A DNA stretch of 64,000 nucleotides from an uncultured Gemmatimonadales bacterium (GCA_963798845.1 CAWCUS010000006.1:480001-544000); one strand, 5' to 3'. Shown: positions 19,431-30,561, counted from the stretch's first letter. A program made the numbers and translations. Notes: generated from the sequence alone by a model not told the origin.

Positions 19431-20611
19431 GCGCGCCCGAACCCGGAGCCGCGGACCAGGCTCAGGAAGAAGGAGGCGAACACCACCTCGGCGCCGACCA
19501 CCATGAGCGTGAGCGCCAGGACGGCCGGCCGGACGGCGAACAGGTCGCCCGCGCCGGCGGCGAGCCAGGAAGCCAGGATCCAGGCGTTGATCGCCAGGCC
19601 TGCGCCGAACAGGAGGCCTCCGAGGGCCACGCCGCGCTCGAGGGAATAGCGGAGGTGGAACCAGCGGATCCACGCGTCGGCGAGGGCGGGCTCGTTGACC
19701 AGGACCCAGCTCTTGGCGTAGATGCCGAGCAGCACCAGCTGCATGCCTAGGATGGCGAGCGCGCTGCCCACGAACATGAAGTGGTAGTTGAGGTTGAAGG
19801 TGGCAGTGACCGGCAGCGGGCCGGGCATCAGGGCGAGCTCCAGGCCGAAGCCCAGCGCCAGGAGCACCATGCCGGGTACCAGGAAGAGGCGCGTGGGGCT
19901 GAGCAGGACGAGCTGGCGGACCACTCGCCAGCCGTCGCCCACGGTCCGGCGGGGCACCCCCTCCGGGCGGGGTCGGAAGGTGACCGGGACCTCCACGGCT
20001 TCGAGCCCCGCGCGCGCCGCCTGCACCACCATCTCGCTGGCGAACTCCATCCCGGTGGCGCCGAGGTCGAGCCGGACCAGCGAGTCGCGGCGGATGCTGC
20101 GGAACCCGCAGCGCACGTCGGACACGCGGAAGTTGAAGAACCAGCGGGACATGGCGGTCTGGACCGGCTCCAGGACGTGGCGGTGGCGCCGGCCCATGGA
20201 GCGAGGCTGCATGATCCCGTTCCGCCGCGTCCCGAGGACCATCTCGTAGCCGGAGCGGAGCGGCTCGACGAAGCGCGGGAGGAGCGAGAGGTCGTAGGTC
20301 CCGTCGCCGTCCACGAGGACGAGCATGTCGCCCGAAGCCGCTTCCATGCCGCGCAGGCAGGTCGCGCCGTAGCCACGGATCGGCTGGTGCACCACCGTCG
20401 CCCCCGCGCGCTCCGCGTCCTCGACCGAGCCGTCGTCGGAGCCGTTGTCGCACACGACGACCTCGCCCGCGTAGCCCGCGCGATCCAGCGCCGCGAACGC
20501 CTCCCGCACGCAGGCGCCGATGCTGGCGACCTCGTTGCGGCACGGGATCACGACGGACACCTCGGGGTGCACCGCGTAGGCCGGGTCTGTGGACCAGGGC
20601 GTCGTCACCAT
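19427..20611 (-). CDS. Polyprenol-phosphate glycosyltransferase (GT2, DPM1-like) with C-terminal TM helices
   Basis: VVIPCRNE, DNGSDDGS, GYG, DGDGTY, CGFR and MEFASEM, plus hydrophobic C-terminal helices. Confidence 0.9.
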   Translation of the reverse strand: MVTTPWSTDPAYAVHPEVSVVIPCRNEVASIGACVREAFAALDRAGYAGEVVVCDNGSDDGSVEDAERAGATVVHQPIRGYGATCLRGMEAASGDMLVLVDGDGTYDLSLLPRFVEPLRSGYEMVLGTRRNGIMQPRSMGRRHRHVLEPVQTAMSRWFFNFRVSDVRCGFRSIRRDSLVRLDLGATGMEFASEMVVQAARAGLEAVEVPVTFRPRPEGVPRRTVGDGWRVVRQLVLLSPTRLFLVPGMVLLALGFGLELALMPGPLPVTATFNLNYHFMFVGSALAILGMQLVLLGIYAKSWVLVNEPALADAWIRWFHLRYSLERGVALGGLLFGAGLAINAWILASWLAAGAGDLFAVRPAVLALTLMVVGAEVVFASFFLSLVRGSGFGRA

Positions 20612-20824
20612 GCCAGTCGCTGTGAGAGCTCCGATCCGGAGGGGAGAGCGCTCCGGCGCGGGGGCCGATCCGGCGCCCCGTCCCTCAAGCTACGCAACCC
20701 GTGGCGCGCGCGGTAGTTGCCCGGGGCCTCGGGTGCGACCTGCCTTGACTTCGCCAGCCGGGCACCGAAGCTTCCGGCCGTGACCGCCCGCGGGCTCCCA
20801 CCCCACATCGCCGGAGGCTGTCGA

Positions 20825-21959
20825 GTGTCGAGGATCCTCGTGACCGGGGGCGCCGGGTTCATCGGCTCGCACCTCGTGGACGCCCTCGTGGAGCGTGGCG
20901 AGCGCGTCCGGGTCCTGGACGCCCTCGACCCGCAGGTGCACGGCGAGGGCGCCACCGAGCCCCGCCTGATCGGCGAGCACGTGACCGCGGGCCGCGTGGA
21001 GTTCGTCCACGGCGACGTCGCCGATCCCGCCGCGGCGCGTGCGGCGCTGGAAGACGTGGACGTGGTGTTCCACGATGCCGCCGCGGTCGGCGTGGGCCAG
21101 TCGATGTACCGGATCGCCGACTACGTCCGGGCCAACTCCCTCGGCGCCGCGGTGCTTCTGGAGGCCATGGTGGCGAGGCGGGAGGCGATCCGCCGCGTGG
21201 TCGTCGCGAGCTCGATGTCGCTCTATGGCGAGGGCCGGTACCGCTGCGCGGAGCATGGCGACATCGCCCCGCCGCTGCGCGGGCCCGAGCAGCTCGAGCG
21301 GCGCGACTACGAGATGCATTGCCCGACGTGCGGGCGGGAGGTGGAAGCCCTCCCCACGCCGGAGTCGAAGCCGCTCCAGCCCACGTCGGTGTACGCGGTG
21401 ACCAAGCGCGACCACGAGGAGCTGTTCCTGGCCGTGGGCGCGGCGTACGGCATCCCCACGGTGGCGCTCCGCTACTTCAACGTGTACGGTCCGCGCCAGT
21501 CGCTGGGCAACCCGTACACCGGCGTGGCCGCGATCTTCGCGTCGCGGCTGCTGAACGACCGGCCCCCGCTGATCTTCGAGGACGGTCGCCAGAGCCGTGA
21601 CTTCATCCACGTGAGCGACGTGGTGCGGGCCAACCTGCTGGCGCTGGAGCGCGACCACGCCGTGGGCGCGGCGCACAACGTGGGGACCGGGCGCTCCCTG
21701 GACCTGCTCGCGATGGTGGCGGCGCTGCGGGCGCGCCTGGGCGGCCCCGCGCCGGAGCTGGCCGGCCGCTTCCGGCAGGGGGACATCCGCCACTGCTTCG
21801 CGGACACTCGCGCGGGCGAGCGAGCGGCTCGGCTTCGAGGCGAGGGTAGCCTTCGAGGACGGGATCGACGATCTGGCGGAGTGGGCGCGCGATCAGGAGC
21901 CCGAGGATCGCTCCGCGGCAGCCAACGACGAGTTGAAGTCGGCGGGCCTCACGCTGTAG
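20825..21959 (+). CDS. Nucleotide-sugar epimerase/dehydratase (frameshift near 21808)
   Basis: ILVTGGAGFIGSH, YAVTK, RYFNVYGPRQ and RDFIHV. The C-terminus (...ERLGFEARVAFEDGIDDLAEW...GLTL*) is in a shifted frame ending with TAG at 21957-21959. Confidence 0.88.
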
Positions 21960-22040
21960 AACAGCGCGGCTGAACACGGCGCGCAGCGGCGCGCGCCGAC
22001 CGTCGCGCACGGAACCTCTCGAACGCACAGCCAAACGCAT

Positions 22041-23210
22041 ATGAACGAATCCAAGCACCTGTCCGGCCCGCGCATCGATCCCGCGCGCATCCGCGGCGGC
22101 ATGACCGTGGACGAGCTGGTGGACGGCACCTTCGCATCGTACAACGCGGGGCGGCTGCGCGAGGCGTGCCGGCTGTTCACGGAGAAGATGCTGGACGCCG
22201 ACGTCACCATCGGCGTGTCGGTTACCGGCGCGCTCACGCCGGCCGGTCTGGGGGTGTCGGCGCTGATCCCGCTCATCGAGGCCGGGTTCATCGACTGGAT
22301 CGTCTCGACGGGTGCCAACCTGTACCACGACGCCCACTACGGCCTCGGGCTCCCGCTTCACCACGGCAACCCGTTCGTGAGCGACGTGGTGCTGCGCGAC
22401 GAGGAGGTGGTCCGGATCTACGACATCTTCTTCGACTACTCGGTGCTGCTCGACACCGACGCGTTCTTCCGGACGATCATCCAGGGCCCCGAGTTCCAGC
22501 GCCGGATGTCGAGCGCGGAGTTCCACCACCTGTGCGGGAGGTACGTGGCGGAGCGGGAGCGGAAGCTGGACCGGACGGGGGAGACCCGGAAATCGCTGCT
22601 GGCCGCGTGCCACGAGTACGACGTGCCGGTCTACACGTCGTCGCCGGGCGACAGCTCGATCGGGATGAACGTGGCGGCGATGGCGCTGCAGGGGAACCAG
22701 CTGCGCTTCGATGTGAACGCGGACGTGAACGAGACCGCGTCGATCGTGCTGGACGCGAAGCGGGGCGGCGGTCGCAGCGCGGTGCTCATCCTGGGCGGCG
22801 GCAGTCCGAAGAACTTCATGCTCCAGACGGAGCCGCAGATCCAGGAAGTGCTCGGGATCGAGGAGAAGGGGCACGACTACTTCCTCCAGGTGACGGACGC
22901 GCGCCCGGACACGGGCGGGCTGAGCGGCGCTACGCCGGCGGAGGCGGTGAGCTGGGGGAAAGTGGACCCGGACATGCTGCCGGACGCCGTCGTCTGCTAC
23001 ACGGACAGCACGATCGCGCTGCCGCTGCTGGCGGCGTACGCCCTGACCCGTCACGCGCCGCGCGAGCCGAAGCGTCTGTTCCGGCGGCGGGAGGAGATGC
23101 TCGGCCACCTGCAGGCGGAGTACGACGCCGTGCTGGAGCGGGGCGAGCCGGCGGCGGAATCGGCTCGGCACGGCGCGGAGCGCCATCCGATGCTGGAGCG
23201 GGACCGGTGA
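22041..23210 (+). CDS. Deoxyhypusine synthase-like protein (probable homospermidine synthesis)
   Basis: [27 protein letters not shown] and [16 protein letters not shown], which retains the catalytic Lys. Confidence 0.92.
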   Translation: MNESKHLSGPRIDPARIRGGMTVDELVDGTFASYNAGRLREACRLFTEKMLDADVTIGVSVTGALTPAGLGVSALIPLIEAGFIDWIVSTGANLYHDAHYGLGLPLHHGNPFVSDVVLRDEEVVRIYDIFFDYSVLLDTDAFFRTIIQGPEFQRRMSSAEFHHLCGRYVAERERKLDRTGETRKSLLAACHEYDVPVYTSSPGDSSIGMNVAAMALQGNQLRFDVNADVNETASIVLDAKRGGGRSAVLILGGGSPKNFMLQTEPQIQEVLGIEEKGHDYFLQVTDARPDTGGLSGATPAEAVSWGKVDPDMLPDAVVCYTDSTIALPLLAAYALTRHAPREPKRLFRRREEMLGHLQAEYDAVLERGEPAAESARHGAERHPMLERDR

Positions 23211-23253
23211 ACGAAGCCGCGGGCGGACCTGCGCCCCGCGGAGGGCGTGGGGC

Positions 23254-24474
23254 GTGATCTCCAACGTCTGGGCGCTGGTCGCGACGATCGCGGGGATCAC
23301 GGCGCTGGCGTTCTGGCTCGACCTGCATTACCGCTGGGCCAGGCAGGTGGGGGCCACCATGCTGGTGATCGTTTTCGGCGCGGTGCTGTCCAACCTGGGC
23401 CTCGTCCCGTTCAGCTCCCCGGTCTACGACGCCATCAGCGGGCCGATCACCTCCCTCTCGATCGTCTGGCTCCTGTTCGCAGTCGACATCCGCGACCTGA
23501 AGGAGGCGGGGCCGCGCATGGTGGCCGCGTTCGCGATCGCGTGCCTGGCCACCATGGTCGGCGCCGTCACTGCCGCGCTCCTCTTCGCCGGGCACTTCCA
23601 GGGCGCGGCGTGGAAGCTGTCGGGCGTGATGACGGGGACGTACGCGGGCGGCAGCATCAACTTCGTGGCCGTGGGACGGTCGCTGGACTTCCCGCCCGCC
23701 CTGTTCGCCGCGGCGACGGCTTCGGACGCCGTCATGACGGCGATCTGGTTCGCGGCCACGCTCATGATCCCCGTGTGGCTCGGACGCTTCTATCCCCGGC
23801 CCAGGCACGCGCACGGACCCGCGCGCGAGGCCGAAGTCCACCGGGCGGTGGCGGAAGCCGCGGCGGACGCGCCGCCCGCCGGCGTGGGCGATGCGGCGCC
23901 GGGCGTCGGCGCCGTGGACCCGATGGCGGATCATCCGTTCTTCTCCGACGCGCCGCTCCGGATCCTGGACGTGTCGCTCCTCCTGGCGCTCGGCTTCGCC
24001 CTCATGTGGGCGGCCGACCGGATGGGGGCTGCGGTGCCGGTCCCGTCCGTGCTCTGGCTGACCACGTTCGCCCTGCTGCTCGGCCACACGCCGTGGGTCC
24101 GCCAGCTCAAGGGCGACATGCACCTCGGCTCACTCGGGCTCCACCTCTTCCTCGCCACCATCGGCATCGCGTCCCGCTTCTCCGAGATCGCGCGAGTCGG
24201 GCCCGACGTGTTCTGGTTCACGGCCACCGTGGTGACCATCCACGGGATCCTGACGTACGGCGGCGCCCGCCTCGCTGGGCTGGACGTCGAGACCACGTCC
24301 GTGGCGTCCCAGGCCGCCATCGGTGGGCCCTCCTCCGCGCTGGCGCTGGCCGTGGGCCGGGAGTGGAAGGCGCTCGTGCTTCCCGGCGTCGTCGTGGGGC
24401 TGCTGGGGTACGCCGTGGGCAACTACCTCGGACTCGGTGTTGCATACTGGGTTCGCGGCCTGATCGGCGGCTGA
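23254..24474 (+). CDS. DUF819 family membrane protein
   Basis: Polytopic membrane protein with TYAGGSINF, ASQAAIGGPSSA and GYAVGNYLG. Confidence 0.85.
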   Translation: MISNVWALVATIAGITALAFWLDLHYRWARQVGATMLVIVFGAVLSNLGLVPFSSPVYDAISGPITSLSIVWLLFAVDIRDLKEAGPRMVAAFAIACLATMVGAVTAALLFAGHFQGAAWKLSGVMTGTYAGGSINFVAVGRSLDFPPALFAAATASDAVMTAIWFAATLMIPVWLGRFYPRPRHAHGPAREAEVHRAVAEAAADAPPAGVGDAAPGVGAVDPMADHPFFSDAPLRILDVSLLLALGFALMWAADRMGAAVPVPSVLWLTTFALLLGHTPWVRQLKGDMHLGSLGLHLFLATIGIASRFSEIARVGPDVFWFTATVVTIHGILTYGGARLAGLDVETTSVASQAAIGGPSSALALAVGREWKALVLPGVVVGLLGYAVGNYLGLGVAYWVRGLIGG

Positions 24475-24562
24475 GCGGGGCCCCGGCGCGGGCGCTTCCC
24501 GCGCCCGGGCCGCAGGCAGCGGGCACGATCCCGGCCGACACCACAACACCGGAGCGAAGCTC

Positions 24563-25465
24563 ATGCGCATCGCGATCACCGGCTCGTCAGGGCTCATCGG
24601 CGGCGCCGTCCGGGCGCGCCTCCTCGAGGAGGGGCACACCGTCTCCCGGGTGGTACGCTCCCGGGAAGCCGCGCGCGCCCCCGACGCAGTGTACTGGCGG
24701 CCGGCCCAGGACGAGATCGACGCCGATGGAATCGCCGGCCACGACGCCGTCGTCAACCTCGCGGGCGAGAACATCTTCGGGCTCTGGACGCGCTCGAAGC
24801 GCGAGCGGATCTACCACAGCCGCGTCGACGGGACCCGTCTCCTCGCGACGACCCTCGCCGGCCTTCCCGCCGAGCGCCGACCGGCGGCCATGGTCAACGC
24901 ATCCGCGGTCGGTTACTACGGCACTCGCCCCGCCGACCGGCCACAGGCAGAAGACGCACCGCCCGCCGACACGTTCATGGCCCGCGTGGTCCGGGACTGG
25001 GAAGCTGCCGCCGACCCGGCACGCGAGGCCGGCATCCGCACCGTACACCTCCGCTTCGCCCCGGTCGTCGACCCGCACGGCCTCCTGCTCCAGGGCCTCG
25101 CGACGGCCACTCGCCTCGGCCTCGGGGCCACCCTCGGCAGCGGCGCCCAGGCGTTCCCCTGGGTCACCCGTGCGGACGTGGTGGGCGCCATCTCCTTCGC
25201 GCTCACGCACCCCTCGCTCGAGGGGCCGGTCAACGTGGCCGCTCCCGACAGGGTCACCAACCGGGAGTTCACCGACACGCTGGCACGGGTTCTGAACAGA
25301 CCGCGTGTGCTGCACATCCCCGCACCGGCCCTGGCGCTGCTCGGCGACTTCGGCCGCGAGGTGAGCGGCGGCGCCTGGGTTCTGCCGCGAAAGCTCGAGG
25401 AAGCCGGGTACGAATGGCGGGACCCGGCGCTGGAGCCCGCGCTCCGCCGGCTACTGGGGCGATGA
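24563..25465 (+). CDS. TIGR01777 family (YfcH-like) NAD-binding oxidoreductase
   Basis: ITGSSGLIG, VNLAGENI, SRVDGT, ASAVGYYG and GPVNVAAP. Confidence 0.9.
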   Translation: MRIAITGSSGLIGGAVRARLLEEGHTVSRVVRSREAARAPDAVYWRPAQDEIDADGIAGHDAVVNLAGENIFGLWTRSKRERIYHSRVDGTRLLATTLAGLPAERRPAAMVNASAVGYYGTRPADRPQAEDAPPADTFMARVVRDWEAAADPAREAGIRTVHLRFAPVVDPHGLLLQGLATATRLGLGATLGSGAQAFPWVTRADVVGAISFALTHPSLEGPVNVAAPDRVTNREFTDTLARVLNRPRVLHIPAPALALLGDFGREVSGGAWVLPRKLEEAGYEWRDPALEPALRRLLGR

Positions 25466-25487
25466 CCCGCCAGGAGCGTCCAAGGCA

Positions 25488-26066
25488 TTGCCGGAATTGA
25501 AGTTCCGCGAAAAGAGAGACAACCGCCGGGGCGTACAGGACCAGTTCCGAACGATCCTGAGGCGGGCCCGCGAGATCACGGCCGGAATGGACCGTGACGC
25601 GTTCAACCGTCGTCCGGGACCGGGGCGCTGGTCGCCGGGCGAGTGCCTGGACCACCTCAACGTCACGGCGAGGCTGTACCTGCCGGCGCTGACGGAAGCG
25701 ATCGAGTCGGCGCGGGCGAAGGGCTGGGTGGACCGTCGCCGGTCGGGGCGGACGCTGCTGGGCCGGGTGGCGGCGTGGACGCAGGAGCCCCCGTCCCGGT
25801 TGCGGATGCGGACGCACGCGGAGCTGGAGCCGGCGCGGGACCTCGACCCGGCGGCGGTACTGGAGGAGTTCGAGGCGCTGCACGAGGAGATCATCGTGCG
25901 GGTGAACGAGTCGCGGGACCTGGACCGGCGGCGGGTGCGGATCGCGTCGCTGCTGAACCGGCGGCTGCGGCTGACGCTGGACGACTGGTTCGCCTTCCTG
26001 GCGGCGCACGCGCGGCGTCACCTGTGGCAGGCGGCGGAGGCGATGGAGCGGGACGGGGAGGGCTGA
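25488..26066 (+). CDS. DinB family protein
   Basis: WSPGECLDHL and HARRHLWQ metal-binding His motifs. Confidence 0.85.
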   Translation: MPELKFREKRDNRRGVQDQFRTILRRAREITAGMDRDAFNRRPGPGRWSPGECLDHLNVTARLYLPALTEAIESARAKGWVDRRRSGRTLLGRVAAWTQEPPSRLRMRTHAELEPARDLDPAAVLEEFEALHEEIIVRVNESRDLDRRRVRIASLLNRRLRLTLDDWFAFLAAHARRHLWQAAEAMERDGEG

Positions 26067-27025
26067 TGATGGTACAGCACGCGGATTCGATGGCCGCGGC
26101 GGCGGGACAGGCCGCCAGCGAGGCGGCGTTCAACGTCAAGTCGGCGCTGGGGGAAGCTGCGGACAAGGTCACGGCCTGGGGGGAGGGCGTGGTGGCGAGC
26201 CTGCCCAACGTGATCGCCGCCGTGGTGGTGCTGATCATCTTCTGGCTCATCGCGCGGGCAGTGCGGGGCGTGGTGGCGAGGGTCGCGCGCCGGTTCGCGG
26301 ACCAGCCGGAGATCAACCGGCTGGTGGCGTCCGCGGCCTTCGCGACCACGGTGGCCGTCGGGCTGGTGCTGGCGCTCGGGGTGCTGAACCTGGACAAGAC
26401 CGTCACGTCGCTCCTGGCCGGCGCCGGGATCCTGGGCCTGGCCGTGGGCTTCGCGTTCCAGTCCATCGCCGAGAACTTCCTCGCCGGTATCCTGCTGAAC
26501 GTCCGCAACCAGTTCACGGAAGGCGACATCATCGAGTCGAACGACTTCATGGGCACGGTGGAGCGGGTGGACCTCCGGGCGACCGTGCTGCGCTCGTTCA
26601 CGGGGCAGCGCGTGCTGATCCCGAACGCGCAGGTCTACAAGAACCCGATCACCAACTACTCGCAGACGCAGCACCGGCGGGTCGATCTGGCGGTGGGCGT
26701 GAACTACGGCGAGGACCTGGAGAAGGCCAGGAAGGTGGCGATCGCAGCGGTGGAGGATCTCGCGCAGCGCGCGGAGGGGCGCGACGTGGAGCTCTTCTAC
26801 CAGGAGTTCGGCGACAGCTCGATCAACTTCCAGCTGCGCTTCTGGATCCCGTTCAGCCGCCAGACCGACTACCTGTCCGCGCGCAGCGACGCGATCCAGG
26901 CGATCAAGCGCGCGTTCGATCGCAACGGCATCATCATCCCGTTCCCGATCCGCACGCTCGATTTCGCGGGTGGCGACGTCGGCGGCCAGAGCCTGGGTCC
27001 CGCCCTCCAGGACTGGCGACGCTGA
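26066..27025 (+). CDS. mscS: Small-conductance mechanosensitive channel
   Basis: LLAGAGILGLAVGFAFQ, GDII, IPNAQV and IIIPFP. The start overlaps the DinB stop. Confidence 0.9.
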   Translation: MMVQHADSMAAAAGQAASEAAFNVKSALGEAADKVTAWGEGVVASLPNVIAAVVVLIIFWLIARAVRGVVARVARRFADQPEINRLVASAAFATTVAVGLVLALGVLNLDKTVTSLLAGAGILGLAVGFAFQSIAENFLAGILLNVRNQFTEGDIIESNDFMGTVERVDLRATVLRSFTGQRVLIPNAQVYKNPITNYSQTQHRRVDLAVGVNYGEDLEKARKVAIAAVEDLAQRAEGRDVELFYQEFGDSSINFQLRFWIPFSRQTDYLSARSDAIQAIKRAFDRNGIIIPFPIRTLDFAGGDVGGQSLGPALQDWRR

Positions 27026-27100
27026 GGGAGCGGAGAGCGCCGGGAACGGCTTCGCGTGGAGTTCTCCGGCGGGCCAGGCTTCGCCGCGTTCGCCCCGCCG

Positions 27101-28939
27101 TCAGCGGTAGCCGGCAGCCTGGAGGGTGAAGAGCTCGGCGTAGACGCCGTCGGCGGCGAGGAGCTCCTCGTGGGTGCCCTTCTCGAGGACGGTGCCGTCG
27201 CCGAGGACGAGGATGCGGTCGGCCATGCGGACGGTGGAGAAGCGGTGGCTGATGAGCACGGCCATGCGCCCGGCGGTGAGCTCGGTGAAGCGCTGGAACA
27301 CCTGGTACTCGGCGCGGGCGTCGAGGGCGGCGGTGGGCTCGTCCAGGATGAGGACCTGGGCGTTGCGCATGTAGGCGCGGGCGAGCGCCACCTTCTGCCA
27401 CTCGCCGCCCGAGAGGTTGGCGCCGCCCTCGAAGCGGCGGCCGAGCATGTGGTCGTACCCCTTGTCGAGGCGCTCCACCACCTCTTCCGCCAGGCTCTTC
27501 TTCGCCGCCTCCCGGATCAGCTCGTGATCTCCGATCGCGTCGATGCGGCCCACGGCGATGTTCTCGCGCGCGACCATGTCGTAGCGGACGAAATCCTGGA
27601 AGATGACGCCGATGGCGCGGCGGATCTGGTCGATGTCGTACTCGCGCAGGTCCTCGCCGTCGAGCAGGATGCGGCCTTCGTCCGGGTCGTACAGCCGGGC
27701 GAGCAGCTTGACCAGCGTGGTCTTCCCGGCGCCGTTCTCGCCCACGAGCGCGAGCCGTTCCCCGGGTCGGAGCGTGAACGACACGTGGCGGAGCGCCCAG
27801 CGCTCGGCGTCCGGGTAGCGGAAGCCGACGTCGTCGAAGACGATTCCGTCGCGGATCGGGTCGGGCACGGGGCGGGCCGCGCCCGGGGAAGCGACGCGCG
27901 GCTGCATGTGGAGGAACGTGAACAGGTCGCGGATGAAGAGGCTCTGCTCGAACACGTCGGCGGAGCCGAGCAGGACCCGCTGGATGAGGTCGCGGCTGCG
28001 CTGGAAGCTGGAAGCGAGGAACGTCAGGCTGCCGATGGTGATCAGTCCGGTCACCGTCTGCCAGATCATGTACCCGTACGCCCCGTAGTAGACCAGCGTG
28101 CTGACGGCCACGAGCAGCGCGCCGACGCCCGCGCGCCGGATGGCGAGAGAGCGGTTGGCGCGGTAGAAGTCGTCGGCAAGCTCGGCGTAGCGGCCGATGA
28201 AGTGGTCGGACAGGCCGAACAGCTTCACCTCCTTGGCGGTGGCGTCGCTGGAGGCGACGTAGCGCAGGTAGTCGAGCTGCCGGCGCTCCGGCGTCCACTG
28301 GTAGAGCAGCGAGTAGGAGAGGCCGGCGTAGTGGGTCTCTCCGATGAAGCTGGGCAGCACCGCGACCACCAGCAGGAGGAGCAGCGGGGGCGAGAAGGCG
28401 AGGAGCGCCGCCATCAGGGACGCGAGCGTCAGCGTGCTCTGGGCCATGCCCAGGAGAAGGGAGATGAGCGCGAGCCGCCCCACCGTCTGCCGCCTCGCCC
28501 GCTCCAGGTGGTCGTAGAACTCCGGGTCCTCGAAGTGCTCGAGGTCGAGCGTCGCGGCGTGCTCCATCAGGCGCACGCTCATGCGGTTGCTGAACAGGTC
28601 CCCGAGCAGGCTCTCCAGGAGGGCGGAGCCCCGCTGCATGGCGTCCATGAGCAGCGCCAGCGCCAGCTCCAGGACCACCAGCCCGGCCAGCCGTCGCCAG
28701 TCGGGCGCGGCGGTGCCCACGCTGGCCACCACCGTGTCGATGATGAGCTTGCCGACCCAGAGCAGCGCCACGGGCCCGAACGCCTGGAGCAGCCGCAGGA
28801 CGAGGATCGCCAGGACCGCGGAGGGGCGGGTGTCCCAGACCAGCTTCAGGAACGGCGGCAGCTGGCGCAGCGCGCGCAGGCGCTCCCGGAGCGGCGGGGT
28901 CTCGGCGCTCCGGCGGGTACGACCGTGATAGGTGGCCAT
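27101..28939 (-). CDS. ABC transporter, fused permease/ATP-binding protein
   Basis: N-terminal TMD, Walker A GENGAGKT, signature LSGGEWQ, Walker B LILDE and SHRFST. Confidence 0.95.
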   Translation of the reverse strand: MATYHGRTRRSAETPPLRERLRALRQLPPFLKLVWDTRPSAVLAILVLRLLQAFGPVALLWVGKLIIDTVVASVGTAAPDWRRLAGLVVLELALALLMDAMQRGSALLESLLGDLFSNRMSVRLMEHAATLDLEHFEDPEFYDHLERARRQTVGRLALISLLLGMAQSTLTLASLMAALLAFSPPLLLLLVVAVLPSFIGETHYAGLSYSLLYQWTPERRQLDYLRYVASSDATAKEVKLFGLSDHFIGRYAELADDFYRANRSLAIRRAGVGALLVAVSTLVYYGAYGYMIWQTVTGLITIGSLTFLASSFQRSRDLIQRVLLGSADVFEQSLFIRDLFTFLHMQPRVASPGAARPVPDPIRDGIVFDDVGFRYPDAERWALRHVSFTLRPGERLALVGENGAGKTTLVKLLARLYDPDEGRILLDGEDLREYDIDQIRRAIGVIFQDFVRYDMVARENIAVGRIDAIGDHELIREAAKKSLAEEVVERLDKGYDHMLGRRFEGGANLSGGEWQKVALARAYMRNAQVLILDEPTAALDARAEYQVFQRFTELTAGRMAVLISHRFSTVRMADRILVLGDGTVLEKGTHEELLAADGVYAELFTLQAAGYR

Positions 28940-30306
28940 CAGGGCAGGTGAACCCCGCTGGGCGTGCCGGGTTCCTCGATCGCCCGCATGACGGCGAGCA
29001 CCGTCGCTTCACCGTCCCTGCGGCCCACGACCTGGACGGCGACCGGGGCGCCGCCGGCGTCCACGCCCAGCGGCACCACGCCCGCGGGCAGGCCCGCCAG
29101 GTTCCACGACGCCGCGAACGGCGCGTACCGGGCGTTGGCGACGACGTTGGCGAGCCACCCGGCCCGCGACCACTCCCTCGCCTCGATGGGTGGCGCCGCC
29201 AGGGCAGGGGTGATGAGGACGTCGTGGGACCGGAAGAAGTCGTCGACTCCATGGCGCCAGCGCTCGGCGAGGCGCTCGCGGGGACCGCCGCTCCGCAGGA
29301 CCCACCGCCCGAACCGCGCGTGGGTCCGGGTGCGCGCCTGGAGCGCTTCGGCGTCCAGGCGGCCGGCGGCCGCCAGCGCGTCCACGGCCGCCGCCACGCC
29401 GGCGAACCAGCGGGCGAAGATGGGAAGCACGTCGAGCGGGGAGTAGGGAGGGTCGGCGCGCGCCACGCGGTGGCCCGCGTCCGCCAGCCGACCCGCCGCC
29501 TCGGAGGCCGCGGCCGCCCACGCGCGGTCGACGCTCCCGCCGGGGAGCGGCGTCCGGGTGGAAAGCGCGACCGAAAGGGTGCCGTCCAGGACCGCGTCGG
29601 CGAGCGACGGCCTCTCGCACAGCACGGCGGCGCCCAGCGCGGCGTCGGCGGCCGTGCGGGCCAGCGGCCCGTCGGTCGTCATCCCGAACCAGTCGCCGCC
29701 TGCGAGCCCCGTGGGCGCGGCGCCGCGGCCGAGCCTCAGCCCCGCCAGGCCGCACGCGGCCGCCGGGATCCGCACCGAGCCCAGCCCGTCGTTGCCCAGC
29801 GCAAGCGGCACCATCCCGGCCGCCACGGCCGCCGCGCTGCCGCCCGACGAGCCGCCCGGCGTCCGTCCGGGCCGCACCGGGTTCTGCGTCACGCCCCAGT
29901 CGCCGTCGGTGGTGGCCCAGATCCCCATTTCCGGGAGCGCCGTCTTTCCCACCACGATGGCGCCGGCAGCACGGAGACGGGCGACGGGGCCGGCGTCCGC
30001 CTGCGCGGGCGAGCCGGCCACGGCGGCGGAGCCCATCCGCGTCGGCTCTCCCGCCACGTCCAGGTTGTCCTTGATCCCGATCGGGACGCCCGCGAGCGGA
30101 AGCCGGCGCAGGTCGTCGCGCTCGAGGAGGCGCTCCGCTTCCGCCAGCGCGGCCTCGCGGCGCACGAGTACGAACGCGCCCACCACCGGATCCCGGTCGC
30201 GGATCCGGTCCACGCTCTCCCGCACCACGTCCGCGGGTGAGCGCGCCCCCGAGCGTACGTCGGCGGCGATGGCGGTTGCGGTCCAGCCCTGCTCCAGCTC
30301 AGTCAC
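28939..30306 (-). CDS. Amidase signature family protein
   Basis: GVPIGIKD, GGSSGGSAAAVA and GNDGLGSVRIPA. Likely GTG start at 30306. Confidence 0.92.
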   Translation of the reverse strand: MTELEQGWTATAIAADVRSGARSPADVVRESVDRIRDRDPVVGAFVLVRREAALAEAERLLERDDLRRLPLAGVPIGIKDNLDVAGEPTRMGSAAVAGSPAQADAGPVARLRAAGAIVVGKTALPEMGIWATTDGDWGVTQNPVRPGRTPGGSSGGSAAAVAAGMVPLALGNDGLGSVRIPAAACGLAGLRLGRGAAPTGLAGGDWFGMTTDGPLARTAADAALGAAVLCERPSLADAVLDGTLSVALSTRTPLPGGSVDRAWAAAASEAAGRLADAGHRVARADPPYSPLDVLPIFARWFAGVAAAVDALAAAGRLDAEALQARTRTHARFGRWVLRSGGPRERLAERWRHGVDDFFRSHDVLITPALAAPPIEAREWSRAGWLANVVANARYAPFAASWNLAGLPAGVVPLGVDAGGAPVAVQVVGRRDGEATVLAVMRAIEEPGTPSGVHLP

Positions 30307-30561
30307 GCGCTCTCCGGTGCCGGGCGTTGAGGCAATCTCCACATTTCGCAGCCATGACGCCATGACCGTGCCGTTTCGCCGCGGGCGTCGCGGCCGCCGG
30401 GGCACGGGGCGGAGGGTGGCCAATGGTCGGGAGTTTCCCTACCATTTATGGTTCTGCCCGGCACGAATCGATGCGCCCGGCGCAGGGGCCCGCGCGCGGG
30501 CGGGAATGCATGTTGCCCCGTCGGGATGGGTTCCGGGGGCGACCGAACGAACAGGAGCGCG

